Shown: piece after piece, positions 1-9,849 of the stretch
Layout of the letters: every line of letters starts with the position of its first letter
How positions within the stretch are numbered: the stretch's first letter is position 1
Assembly (NCBI GenBank): GCA_963664015.2
Contig: CAXXLF010000002.1
Location: 1,760,001-1,824,000 of the forward strand
Direction: 5' to 3'
From: Candidatus Binatia bacterium
GTDB taxonomy: Bacteria > Desulfobacterota > Binatia > UBA9968 > CAXXLF01
DNA: 64,000 nt
Notes under the pieces: generated by a model
What the model saw: the letters and a program-made list of their open reading frames with translations, nothing else
Told to the model about the DNA's origin: nothing
Databases searched by the model: none
Position numbers and translations under genes: made by a program

Positions 1-76
1 TAAAGGCCGACCCCATACGGGAATGTTGAGCCTGAAAGAACTAGCGAGGCTAACCGGTTACACGGATGAGCTGTAA
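1..76 (+). CDS. 3' end of a truncated gene, possibly a thioredoxin-like/VKOR-associated C-terminus
   Basis: Frame from nt 2 reads KGRPHTGMLSLKELARLTGY-TDEL*, resembling the 'G..SL.ELA.L.GY' tail of glutaredoxin-like VKOR partner domains; only 24 codons visible. Confidence 0.3.
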   Translation, partial: KGRPHTGMLSLKELARLTGYTDEL

Positions 77-138
77 CTCCCTCAGACCATACGATTCGTA
101 CCTGCTTTCATGTGGAACCTAAGAGGAAGTCTCGTTTC

Positions 139-168
139 TTGACACTCCCCCTTGCAACCGGTTAGGAT
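139..168 (+). promoter_or_regulatory. putative sigma70 promoter of gmhA
   Basis: TTGACA (139-144), 18 nt, TAGGAT (163-168), 24 nt upstream of the ATG. Confidence 0.45.
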
Positions 169-192
169 ACGACTCCTTTAAACGAGCTGAAT

Positions 193-768
193 ATGAACGA
201 CATCATCATCAAGGTTTTCGAGGAAAGCATCGCGACGAAACAATCGTTTCTCAAAAACAACCTGGACCCCCTGGTAGCTGTAATCGAACTTATCGCTCAA
301 ACCTTTTCCAAAGGTCACAAGCTCCTGATCTTCGGCAACGGGGGAAGCGCCGCCGATGCCCAACATATCGCCGCCGAGTTCGTCAATCGCTTCCGGATCG
401 AGCGGCCCCCATTACCGGCCCTGGCTCTCACCACCGACACCTCGGCCCTAACCAGTATTGCTAACGACTACGACTACAAGGAAGTCTTCGCCAAGCAGGT
501 TCGCGCTTTGGGCAAGGAGGGCGACCTGGCCATGGCCATATCCACCAGCGGCAACGCGGCCAATGTCCTTGCCGCCATCGACGCCTGCAAGAAACTCAAG
601 ATAAAGACCGTAGGCCTTACTGGAGGCACCGGCGGAAAAATGGTAAAAAAAGCCGACCATCTTCTTTGCGTTTCCGAAAGCAAAAGCACAGCCCGAATTC
701 AGGAGACCCATATTCTCATCGCCCATGTAATCTGTGAAATGGTAGACCAAATACTCTTCCCGTCTTGA
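193..768 (+). CDS. gmhA: D-sedoheptulose 7-phosphate isomerase (SIS domain)
   Basis: GNGGSAADAQHIAAE, NDY, ISTSGN and RIQETH motifs. Confidence 0.95.
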   Translation: MNDIIIKVFEESIATKQSFLKNNLDPLVAVIELIAQTFSKGHKLLIFGNGGSAADAQHIAAEFVNRFRIERPPLPALALTTDTSALTSIANDYDYKEVFAKQVRALGKEGDLAMAISTSGNAANVLAAIDACKKLKIKTVGLTGGTGGKMVKKADHLLCVSESKSTARIQETHILIAHVICEMVDQILFPS

Positions 769-786
769 TATTTACCGCTTTGCCCC

Positions 787-1734
787 ATGCTTAAAAACAC
801 CTTCAAACCCATCGACCTTTCAAAGGTCAAAACCTATCCAGCCAAGAAACGTTTTAGCAAGGTGAAGCAAAACCTCCTGGGTAAGCGGCTGCGCAAAGGG
901 ATGCGGCTCGCGACTTTCCTCGACTCCTTGCCACACATCCTTGCTGCTAAAAGCCTCAAGGAAATTAGCCGAAGCATTGCCCACGCCCATAGTCGCCATA
1001 AGACCGTGCTTCTGGGGATGGGTGCCCACTCCATCAAGGTCGGCCTGAGCCCCTTGATCATCGACCTCATGCGGCGCGGCATATTGAGCGCCGTAGCCAT
1101 GAATGGTGCCGGGATCATCCACGATTTCGAACTCGCCTTCATGGGTCAAACCTCCGAAGAGGTGGGGTCTAGCCTCAAGGATGGAAGCTTTGGAATGGCA
1201 CGGGAAACCGGTGCCTTCTTAAACGACGCGATTACAGAAGGACATGAACACGGATTTGGAATCGGTCAGGCCGTGGGCAGCGCTATGCTCAAGAAACGAT
1301 TGCCGCATGCGCATTTGAGCATCCTTGCGGCAGCGGCGAGGCTGGGTATACCGGTTACCGTCCATGTGGCCATGGGGACCGATATCATCCACATGCACCC
1401 CAAGGCCAATGGAAAGGCACTGGGTGCCGGTAGCCTGGCGGATTTTCATACTCTGACCTCGGTCGTGACGACACTCAAGGACGGGGTTTTTCTCAATTTC
1501 GGCTCTGCGGTCATTCTTCCCGAGGTGTTTTTAAAGGCCTTGAACCTGGCTCGCAATCTGGGGCATCCCGTCACCAACCTGACCACAGTCAACCTGGATT
1601 TCCTTTCCCATTACCGTCCCCTCACCAATGTGGTTCACCGTCCCACGCTGGGAAGCGGTAAAGGATACAACCTGATCGGACACCTCGAGATCATGGCTCC
1701 ATTGCTCTTTGCTTCGGTGTTGGAAGAACTCTAA
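787..1734 (+). CDS. deoxyhypusine-synthase-like protein (GSU2086-type, function unknown)
   Basis: MGAH.IKVGL, AMNGAGIIHDFE, GTDIIHMHP, GSAVILPEVFLKAL and HYRP motifs; lies directly after gmhA. Confidence 0.7.
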   Translation: MLKNTFKPIDLSKVKTYPAKKRFSKVKQNLLGKRLRKGMRLATFLDSLPHILAAKSLKEISRSIAHAHSRHKTVLLGMGAHSIKVGLSPLIIDLMRRGILSAVAMNGAGIIHDFELAFMGQTSEEVGSSLKDGSFGMARETGAFLNDAITEGHEHGFGIGQAVGSAMLKKRLPHAHLSILAAAARLGIPVTVHVAMGTDIIHMHPKANGKALGAGSLADFHTLTSVVTTLKDGVFLNFGSAVILPEVFLKALNLARNLGHPVTNLTTVNLDFLSHYRPLTNVVHRPTLGSGKGYNLIGHLEIMAPLLFASVLEEL

Positions 1735-1768
1735 AAACAAATATTTGTAACGGCGAAGGTCTTTACAC

Positions 1769-2424
1769 ATGGAACTCTTGGGTCAGGAGTTGATGGACGT
1801 GTACCAACGTCTCTACCGATACTACGGGGACCTGCACTGGTGGCCCGGTGCCGGCCCTCTGGAGGTATCCGTCGGTGCCATCCTTACCTAAAATACCGCC
1901 TGGTCCAATGTGGAAAAAGCCATAGAGTTATTGAAGCAAGAACGGCTGCTTTCGGTCAAAGCACTGGGCCGCTTATCCCACAGCGATTTTGCACGCCACA
2001 TCAAGCCCTCGGGTATTTCAATGTAAAGGCCCGACGCCTGAAGCACTTCATCTCGTTTTTGCGGACCCGTTACCAGGGCAACTTGCAACATATGGTCCAT
2101 GAGCCCACGGCGGACTTGCGTGAAGCCCTGCTCTCGGTCAATGGGATTGGACCCGAAACCGCCGACTCGATTCTTCTCTACGCCCTCCAGATGCCTATCT
2201 TTGTTATTGATATCTACACTAAGAGAATGTTCTCATGCCACGGTTTGATTCGCTACGAGGGAAACTACGAAGAATACCAGAGGCTGTTCATGATGGCGCT
2301 TCCACCAGATGCCCCCCTAGACAATCAGTACCATGCCATGCTCGTCCACAAGGGCAAGGATTTTTGCCGGTCGCGTCCCCGGTGCGAGGTCTGCCCACTT
2401 AGCTGCCTTCGATGCCCTTATTAA
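1769..2424 (+). pseudogene. endonuclease III-like HhH-GPD DNA glycosylase, disrupted
   Basis: ATG 1769 reads ...LHWWP...VGAILT*NTAWSNVEKA with TAA 1889-1891 at the conserved Gln; frameshift at ~2011 in KPSG/YFNVKA; the rest has the GIGPETADSILLYA HhH motif and C-terminal CRSRPRCEVCPL FeS-type motif. Confidence 0.88.
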
Positions 2425-2903
2425 TGACCTCCTTCGTGCTATTGGCCCAATTGTTCCCTGGTGCACCGGTTGGATCCTACGGGTTTCATAGGCAGAATTC
2501 ACCGTTGGTTGGGTGATCTAGTCCCAGGGTCGGGTTGGCGAACCATTTTGATCACTGGCTACTGACCATTGCGCACTAGAGATCCTTGTTAATAAAAGGG
2601 ATCTCGTCTTCGTGGACTACTCCGTTCAGAACAATTACCCCACGTTCTCAGCGCCTTAACCCAAACCTCCCTTGCCCCATGCTCAAGGGAGCAACGCCTT
2701 CGGCATTGGCACCCCTTGGAACACCTTTTACTTAATCTTAAGGGCATAGAACAGGATGGAGAAACGGTCGAGAAGATTAGAAGACCAATGATTTGGGGAG
2801 TCGTGCAATTCGCTTGATGGTCCCAAAGCCCGTTCTCCGGTTTCCTTGTGCCATGTAATCATGAATCAGCTCAAACGCTCGTAGGCCGACTGGAGGAATT
2901 TAC

Positions 2904-4151
2904 ATGACCCCAAACGCGGAATTTACTTTCTCCCTGCAGCTCTTCATATACGTTCTAACGCTACCCGTATCCTGGATCCCTGCGGTTCATACGAGTATCC
3001 TGCGTTATCTTTGGGACTTCTCCAATCCGATGGATGCAACGGTAAAATCAGTGGTGTTCCTGCTTCCGGCCCTACACCTAATTGTCACCCTGTGCGTGAC
3101 CATGCTGGCCATCTACACGATCCCCTTTCGTTCCGGCCGGGGCCCATTTATCGTAGCGCTGATCACTGCCTGGTGGAACTCCGGCCGAACTATTGCCCTT
3201 TACTGGTTGGGATTCATCAGGGCTGCTTTCCCTACTCTAGGTTGGATTTGGGGGTTCATCCGGTTCGTTACCGGGGGGATTTATCTCGCCGTCGTCAAGG
3301 TGCTCATGCTTCCCCTGTCCATCGTTAAACGCGCGACCCGTAGCTCCTTAATGCCTGGTATCCCGTGGATTGCCATCGGGATGACCATGCTCTGGATCAT
3401 CCTGGAAGCGAGTCTGTTTAGCTTTACACTGCTCCCGACTGTATCCGAGATAGCCGCTGACCTCGGTGGAGTCCGCAGCAACAATGTCTTACTGCAGCCG
3501 GCACTGTTTTTCATACTCTTTATGCTCATCGCCGGTAGTTTGCCCTATATGCAAGTCATGGTGGAGTCGATTCAAACAAAAAATTACAAGGACACCGTTC
3601 AGATGGCCATGGTCGAGATTTTCGTCATGTTTGTCGAGGTTGTCTCCCTCTACCGCGAGCTCGCCGATGCCATTACTCCCGCGCTGGCCCAACAAAGCGG
3701 TGGCGAAGTCTGAATCGGTTTCTTCGGAGTACTTATGATCTCAGCGGTCGCCTGGACCGGGATACGGGGAATGACCTGGTTTCTCTTCGGAAAGTATGGA
3801 ACGCCAACTCTTCTCGCCATCATCCCGGGCCGAGGTCTTACAGAATCGCAAACTTCACCAAAAGACCAGGAGGCTTAAATCTTTCCCTGGACCAAAGAGA
3901 TGATCGGTCATGTCAAGGCCGAGATCGGATGGTTTCGAAATACCGGCAAGGAGCTGCTGGAAGCCTACGTCCTGCCGCCGCTTCAGCTCATAGCTGCAAC
4001 GATCAATTTGCTAATGGTCTTTTTTACCGGCCATCATCTGTTCCGGTTACCACTGAAATTGCTTCATGCGTTCATGAAAACCGGAGAGCTCATGAAGCTT
4101 GCCAAGATGCCAGCAGAAGGCTCCACCAGTAAGAGTAGCTCAAAATCTTAG
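2904..4151 (+). pseudogene. polytopic membrane protein of unknown function with two in-frame stops
   Basis: ORFs 2904-3713 and 3900-4151 are in the same frame; the gap reads *IGFFGVLMISAVAWTGIRGMTWFLFGKYGTPTLLAII...QEA*IFPWTKE (TGA 3711-3713, TAA 3876-3878); SD GGAGG before 2904. Confidence 0.75.
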
Positions 4152-4942
4152 ATCCTTGGAAAGATACCCCCAAAATTTACCGATTTCCAATACTGCTGAT
4201 CGTCTTTATACTCTTTACATCCGGTTGTGATTTCTTCAAACCTAAGAAAGAGAACCCGCGCCTTTCCCTTTTTATTGGTGTCGATGTCAGTGGCTCCTTC
4301 ACCAAATCGAAAAAATTTAGGGACTCCCTTCGTTTTCTTTCCTATTACATTTACGGTCACCTCCATGGTATTGGCAGCCTGGAAAAACCGAGGGCCCTAT
4401 TTGTCAGGTCCATAGGCAGGGATTCTCCCAACGAGCCCAAAGCCTTCCACCCTATACAGGAATTTGAGCGAAAGAGCGCCAAGCAAATCGGGGAGAAACT
4501 GACGAAGCTCTACAATATTCAGGGAAACTTCATGACCGACTTCAACGCCTTTTTCTTGCGCGTCTCCGAAACCGTACGGGAACAGGGCCTAGCACTGGCT
4601 CCTCTGACCATCGTTGTCGCCAGTGATGGAGTTCCTGATGTTGCAGTTGATAACGGCCGGAGGATCGTTGAGGGACTCTACGACAAGATAGACCTTTCCC
4701 CCCTGGAATACCTCGCCCGAAACGTGCCCATCCGGGTTCTATACCCGAATCCTACGGTCGCCCAGAAGTGGGAGCGAACTATCCCTCGGCAACGAGTCAG
4801 GATCTGGCCCGTCGAGGCCGTCATTATGCGAGGCTGGCACGAGCAAAGGGACAAGTGTCCAGTCATCGAGCAAGAGGAACGCTTCTGGAAGTGGGCCCAG
4901 GAAGTCGTCAATCACCGCGTACGCCGGCAAAAATTCTTATAG
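4139..4942 (+). pseudogene. VWA-like (MIDAS) lipoprotein; open frame lacking a canonical start codon
   Basis: Frame open from 4139: hydrophobic stretch and lipobox FTSG-C (Cys 4226-4228), GVDVSGS (DxSxS), later T-D and SDG; no ATG/GTG/TTG before the signal peptide, so the ORF track starts only at 4532. Confidence 0.6.
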
Positions 4943-5289
4943 TCGCTGCAATGCCATTACTCCTTCTGTGTCATTTCATCGGCGCGGGTATCCGTTAATG
5001 GCCCGACCCCTTAATCTTATCGGTCGATGGTCCCCTGGCAACGGGTGCACTCCTGTGTGTCCCGGCAATCCCCCATCCCGGAATTAAGCTATTCCCACAA
5101 ACGCGCATAATACGACGTGTCCAATAATCCTGCCTATTTGCCTCATTGTCCTCGCCCTTCGAAGTCATTACCGCAACTCCACAGGCACGGTCCTTTAAGG
5201 CCTCGGTTCGGCCGTACCCCCGCTCTCTAACGGCGAAAAGGTGCAGAACGGGGTTTACCCTAGGCAGCTTTTTAGTTAGATTCGTTCCC

Positions 5290-6081
5290 ATGGCAGAACC
5301 AAGGATCGTAACCCTGACCACGGACTTTGGTTACCAAGACCCCTTTGTAGGGATTTTGAAAGGGGTTCTCCTCGGACTTAACCCCACCCTCCGTATCGTG
5401 GATATCAGTCATGGAGTCCCGCCGCAGAGAATTTTAGCAGGGGCCTTGATTCTGAGCGGATCGGTCCCTTTTTTTCCTCCAGGCACCATTCATGTGGGCG
5501 TTGTTGATCCCGGCGTGGGCAGCGAGAGACGCCCTTTACTTATCGAGGCTGGGGGATTCTATTTTGTGGGACCCGATAACGGGCTTTTTAGTTTGGCACT
5601 GCGAGGATTGGAGGTTCAGCGGGTTATCCAACTGACTAACGACTCTTATCATTTGAAGCCAACCAGCGCGACCTTTCATGGCAGGGATATCTTTGCTCCC
5701 GTGGCGGCACACCTTTCCCTCGGCGTACCCATACAAGAACTGGGAATCCCTACCGACGCTATCACGAGATTGCCCCGGCCCGAGGTTATTCACAAGAAGC
5801 AAAAACTCCACGGGGAGATCGTCTACGCAGACCACTTTGGTAACCTGATCACCAACATTCAGGCGGAAGACCTTACGCTCTTCCCAAAGGAGTCTCTTTC
5901 CGTTAGCATAGGCGGGAGAAAAATACGTGGCCTTTCGACCCGCTACACCGCCGTAAGCGAGGGGAAGCTTGTTGCCTTGATCAACAGTTGGAGGTACCTG
6001 GAGATCGCCGTGCGGAACGGATCCGCACGGGAACTATGCCGAATCTCCCTCGGAGCCCGAGTAGTCGTTTCACAAACCTAA
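5290..6081 (+). CDS. SAM hydroxide adenosyltransferase (DUF62; chlorinase/fluorinase superfamily)
   Basis: TLTTDFG, VVDPGVGSERR, GPDNG, TFHGRDIFAP and DHFGNLITN motifs. Confidence 0.9.
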   Translation: MAEPRIVTLTTDFGYQDPFVGILKGVLLGLNPTLRIVDISHGVPPQRILAGALILSGSVPFFPPGTIHVGVVDPGVGSERRPLLIEAGGFYFVGPDNGLFSLALRGLEVQRVIQLTNDSYHLKPTSATFHGRDIFAPVAAHLSLGVPIQELGIPTDAITRLPRPEVIHKKQKLHGEIVYADHFGNLITNIQAEDLTLFPKESLSVSIGGRKIRGLSTRYTAVSEGKLVALINSWRYLEIAVRNGSARELCRISLGARVVVSQT

Positions 6082-6114
6082 CAAGGATTGATGCCGCCAT
6101 CTTTGGAGCTTCAC

Positions 6115-6576
6115 ATGAACCAACGTCTGACCTGGGACCAATACTTTATGACGATTACCCAACAGGTAGCGGAACGTTCCACCTGTCAAAGAGCCAAAGT
6201 CGGGGCCGTCATTGTACGGGACCGAAACATCTTAGCCACGGGCTATAACGGGGCCCCCGCTGGCATGCCCCATTGTACTGATGCCGGTTGCCTAATTTAC
6301 GAGTCCAAGACACCCAACGGAGACATCGAGCAGAACTGCTTTCGTACCATCCATGCGGAGATCAACGCCATCGCCCAGGCTGCCAAAAATGGATCCAACA
6401 TTAAAGACACGTCCATCTACGTCACCCACACCCCCTGCATCCACTGCCTGAAAGTCCTGGTCAACACCGGCATTCGCAGTGTTTTCTACGAGAAGCCTTA
6501 TAAGATCCATACCCTGGAAGAGATCCTGCGTAACACGCGGGTTCAGATGGAACAGGTGGAATTACCGCCGAAATGA
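6115..6576 (+). CDS. dCMP deaminase (ComEB-like)
   Basis: WDQYFM, RSTC, TGYNG, HAEINA and PCIHC zinc motifs. Confidence 0.9.
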   Translation: MNQRLTWDQYFMTITQQVAERSTCQRAKVGAVIVRDRNILATGYNGAPAGMPHCTDAGCLIYESKTPNGDIEQNCFRTIHAEINAIAQAAKNGSNIKDTSIYVTHTPCIHCLKVLVNTGIRSVFYEKPYKIHTLEEILRNTRVQMEQVELPPK

Positions 6577-6651
6577 AGCCTCCACGTGCTTACCTCCGTG
6601 GTAACCTTCTTTATCTTTGGCGGAATCCGCGGTCACACCCTCCTTGCCTAC

Positions 6652-6686
6652 TCCGCCGAAGCAGCCGCTTCGGCTGCGAAGGCGGA
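6652..6686. repeat. short palindromic (REP-like) element
   Basis: TCCGCC-GAA-GCAGCCG-CTT-CGGCTGC-GAA-GGCGGA inverted repeat. Confidence 0.55.
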
Positions 6687-6722
6687 AAAAAAAGGGCAGG
6701 GAAGCATCCCCGCCCTTTTTTT
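6686..6722 (-). terminator. Rho-independent terminator of the atp operon (probably bidirectional)
   Basis: A8-GGGCAGGGA-agca-TCCCCGCCC-T7 between convergent genes. Confidence 0.85.
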
Positions 6723-6742
6723 CTACCCACAACCGATTCTGC

Positions 6743-7069
6743 TTAGATCTTAAGCTGAAGCAGAAAGGCTATCAATAGAGCATAAATGGCAAGGGCCTCG
6801 ATGAAGGCCAACCCGAGAAGCAGAGGAGTAAATAGCTTTTCCGCTGCATTCGGATTCCTGCCGATGCTCTCCATTGCGGTGGCAGCCAGCTTGCCCTGCC
6901 CCAGTGCCGCCCCAAAGGCGGCGATGGCAATAGCGAATCCCGAGGCCAACGCAATGGCTACCTTCGCCGCTGAGTCAGTTTCACCGGTAGCTTCCGCGGC
7001 CATCGCTGTGGAACTAAAATAAACCAACCACAGGACCACGGCCGTGAAGAACGATAGTAATCTTTTCAT
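6743..7069 (-). CDS. atpE: ATP synthase Fo subunit c with N-terminal extension
   Basis: ALGQG, IGRNP and GLAFIEALAIY motifs; strong SD. Confidence 0.95.
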   Translation of the reverse strand: MKRLLSFFTAVVLWLVYFSSTAMAAEATGETDSAAKVAIALASGFAIAIAAFGAALGQGKLAATAMESIGRNPNAAEKLFTPLLLGLAFIEALAIYALLIAFLLQLKI

Positions 7070-7143
7070 CCCTTCCTCCTTTCCAGCGGAATTCTGAGCG
7101 CCACTCCTCTCTTCTCTCCTCTTCCTTGCTCATTTCCATCCGC

Positions 7144-7827
7144 TTAATGCTCATGGCTCATAGCCATGGCAACATAGATAATACTCAATATGGTAAAGAC
7201 CGAAGCCTGAATCACCGACACGAGAGTTCCCAGCAGGTAAAAGGCAACCGGAATACCTACCTTGGTCAAGCTGGTAAAAATCTCAATCACTAGGTGGTCC
7301 CCAAAGATATTGCCGAACAAACGGAGCCCGAGTGAAAGAGGACGCACCAGGTGAGAAACAAGCTCCAAAATCACAAAGAAGGGAGCCAGAAACAACACCG
7401 GCCCCATGAACTGCTTGAGGTAGCCAATCCCATTTTCTTTGAAGCCAATGAAATTGTAGGCAACAAACGAGGTCAGTCCCAATCCCAGTGTGGTGTTCAG
7501 ATTGCTCGTTGGCGGTGAAAATCCCGGTACCAATCCCGAGAGGTTGGAAAATAGAATAAATATAAAAAAGCTAGCGAACAGGGGAACATATTTCCTACCT
7601 GCTTTGCCGATAATCCCATCGCTCAATGTGATGATCAACGAGATCAGCAGCTCCATCAGATTACGGAGTCCCAGACCTTCGTTAGGAACGACCGGGTCCG
7701 TTGCCGCTAGCAGGGCGCGCCTGGCCCCGAATCCCACCACCGCAAGCCCAACAACAAGAACAACGGCGAAGAAGACATGCTGGGGTAAAAAGGGAACCAA
7801 CATATTCCATGCGAACGGATGCTCCAC
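7144..7827 (-). CDS. atpB: ATP synthase Fo subunit a
   Basis: PPTSNLN and RPLSLGLRLFGN motifs, IQA.VF. Confidence 0.95.
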   Translation of the reverse strand: MEHPFAWNMLVPFLPQHVFFAVVLVVGLAVVGFGARRALLAATDPVVPNEGLGLRNLMELLISLIITLSDGIIGKAGRKYVPLFASFFIFILFSNLSGLVPGFSPPTSNLNTTLGLGLTSFVAYNFIGFKENGIGYLKQFMGPVLFLAPFFVILELVSHLVRPLSLGLRLFGNIFGDHLVIEIFTSLTKVGIPVAFYLLGTLVSVIQASVFTILSIIYVAMAMSHEH

Positions 7828-8220
7828 TTAATTCTGCACCTCTATGGAGTAGTCCCGCCCATACCACAACCCATGGGCCACCGCCGCAACCAGGAGGCAG
7901 GAAACCCCTAGCGCAAACGACATGGCGTCCAACCCAATACGGAAGAAAAAGACCGAAATCAATCCCAACAAAAGCACCAACTTGAGCACCAGGAGAAAAA
8001 CCCCTGATCGAACCCTTCCCTTACCGGCGAAAGGTGTCAGCACCCAGCGAATACTGTACCCCAAAAGAAGGAAGTTGGCCCCCATAAACACGGCACCGGC
8101 TATCAGGCTATAGGGTTCGAGTATTCCCATGGGTACCAGTATAGAAAACAGGGATAAAACTATCACCCCGTGCCAAAGTTCGACTTGAATGATCGGTGAA
8201 CTTAATCCTGCGATTCTCAT
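7828..8220 (-). CDS. atpI: ATP synthase protein I (AtpI)
   Basis: Four-TM protein immediately upstream of atpB. Confidence 0.7.
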   Translation of the reverse strand: MRIAGLSSPIIQVELWHGVIVLSLFSILVPMGILEPYSLIAGAVFMGANFLLLGYSIRWVLTPFAGKGRVRSGVFLLVLKLVLLLGLISVFFFRIGLDAMSFALGVSCLLVAAVAHGLWYGRDYSIEVQN

Positions 8221-8474
8221 TTTTTATCGTTTGACAGTCGCCGTAGCACAAGCACTAATCGAACAAAGGCTCCAAAGAGGGCCAAGAGGGTTAGGCTCGC
8301 TACGTACCACGGAGACGTGTCGAAGTGCCTGTCCAGCAAATAGCCTAGGATGAGCCCTCCCAGGACGGTACTTGGAAATTCTACACCAATCGCTAGGTAT
8401 TGGCTGATTTTGACAAAGGCAGGAGTCTTGTCCTCCGGACCGGTCTTTCGGCGATCCGTACCGCTAGAACTCAC
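8217..8474 (-). CDS. AtpZ/AtpI-family small membrane protein
   Basis: G..LGY.LD.HF.TSPW motif; first gene of the atp cluster. Confidence 0.8.
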   Translation of the reverse strand: MSSSGTDRRKTGPEDKTPAFVKISQYLAIGVEFPSTVLGGLILGYLLDRHFDTSPWYVASLTLLALFGAFVRLVLVLRRLSNDKK

Positions 8475-8509
8475 TTACCTATTTCCTTAGCATGGGCCAT
8501 CCTAGACGG

Positions 8510-9802
8510 TCAACCGTCGCATTCGGATTGGGCCCATTCTTCAAAGCAGTGAACGGTTTGCTCGAGATCGGCCTGGCTGTGGGCCAGTGAAATAAAAGCA
8601 GCCTCAAACGGCGACGGCGGGTAGTAGATTCCGCATGCTATCATGCGATGAAAGAACCTGGCAAATCTCTGTTGATCGCACCGCCGGGCCTCCTCCGCAT
8701 GGGTGACGCTATCAACGCCAAAAAAGAGTGTCAGCATAGACCCGACTCGGTTCACCGTACCGCGGAGTCGCCACCGTTTCAGGACTTGGATCAGGGCCTC
8801 TTCCAAGTATTGTCCCTTGGCCTCTAGATCCTCATACACCCCATCGCTACCCAATACCTTCAGAGTGGCCAGTCCCGCAGCTACTGTAACGGGATTGCCC
8901 GATAGTGTCCCGGCCTGATATACGGGTCCCAGGGGCGCAAGTAGATCCATGATCACTTGCTGCCCTCCAAAGGCACCCACCGGTAACCCGCCTCCCAAGA
9001 CCTTTCCTAGACACGTCAGGTCCGGTGTTACACCGTAAAGTTCCTGGGCTCCCCCTCGGGCGACACGAAAACCCGTGATGACCTCATCGAATATCAGGAC
9101 CGCACCGTGCTTTGCTGTTACCTTACGAACCGCCGCGAGGTAGTCTAGTCTAGGCGGGATAACACCCATATTGCCACAAACGGGCTCGATGATAACCGCC
9201 GCGATGGTCTCTGAATGGGTGCTCATGAGGGATTCCAGTTGCGCCACATCATTATAGGGAATCACCAAAGTATCCTTTGTGAAATTCTCCGGAACGCCTG
9301 GTGTGTCTGGTAAGGCCAGAGTCGCCAGGCCAGAGCCAGCACGTACCAAAAGTGAATCCACATGCCCATGGTAGCAGCCGTCAAATTTAACGATCTTGGA
9401 TCGTCTGGTATAGGCACGGGCAAGTCGAATGGCGCTCATTGTAGCCTCAGTCCCGGAACTGACCAATCGCAGTTTTTCGATCGCTGGAAAATAGTCATGA
9501 ACAAGCTCAGCAAGTTCTACCTCCGCCTCCGTTGGCGCCCCAAACGACATCCCTCCCTCGATCGCCTGCTTTGCCGCCGCCACGACTTGAGCTTGGGCAT
9601 GACCTAATATAAGCGGCCCCCAGGACCCCACATAGTCAATATATCTATGACCTTCCCAATCCAGGATATACGCGCCTTGGCCATGAGCGATTATCTTGGG
9701 GTCTCCGCCGACCATCTTCCACGACCTGACAGGACTGTTAACACCACCGGGTATGCGTGCCTGCGCCCGGGCAAAAATATTTTTCATCGAGTTATTTGCC
9801 AT
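8510..9802 (-). CDS. hemL: glutamate-1-semialdehyde 2,1-aminomutase
   Basis: IPGGVNSPVR, SGTEATMSAIR, FDEVITGFR, GKVLGGGLP and YQAGTLSGNP; exact start uncertain. Confidence 0.96.
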   Translation of the reverse strand: MANNSMKNIFARAQARIPGGVNSPVRSWKMVGGDPKIIAHGQGAYILDWEGHRYIDYVGSWGPLILGHAQAQVVAAAKQAIEGGMSFGAPTEAEVELAELVHDYFPAIEKLRLVSSGTEATMSAIRLARAYTRRSKIVKFDGCYHGHVDSLLVRAGSGLATLALPDTPGVPENFTKDTLVIPYNDVAQLESLMSTHSETIAAVIIEPVCGNMGVIPPRLDYLAAVRKVTAKHGAVLIFDEVITGFRVARGGAQELYGVTPDLTCLGKVLGGGLPVGAFGGQQVIMDLLAPLGPVYQAGTLSGNPVTVAAGLATLKVLGSDGVYEDLEAKGQYLEEALIQVLKRWRLRGTVNRVGSMLTLFFGVDSVTHAEEARRCDQQRFARFFHRMIACGIYYPPSPFEAAFISLAHSQADLEQTVHCFEEWAQSECDG

Positions 9803-9849
9803 ATATAGAAATCCTCGTAACACCCCTAAGATATTCGGTCAATCTGACA

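Noticed and set aside
2575-2695. Two intergenic hairpins as a riboswitch or ncRNA
   Set aside because: No known aptamer consensus recognised; too little support
5290-6081. SAM-dependent halogenase or natural-product cluster
   Set aside because: Has the Arg (GSERR) and His (TFHGRD) typical of DUF62 hydrolases and no biosynthetic context
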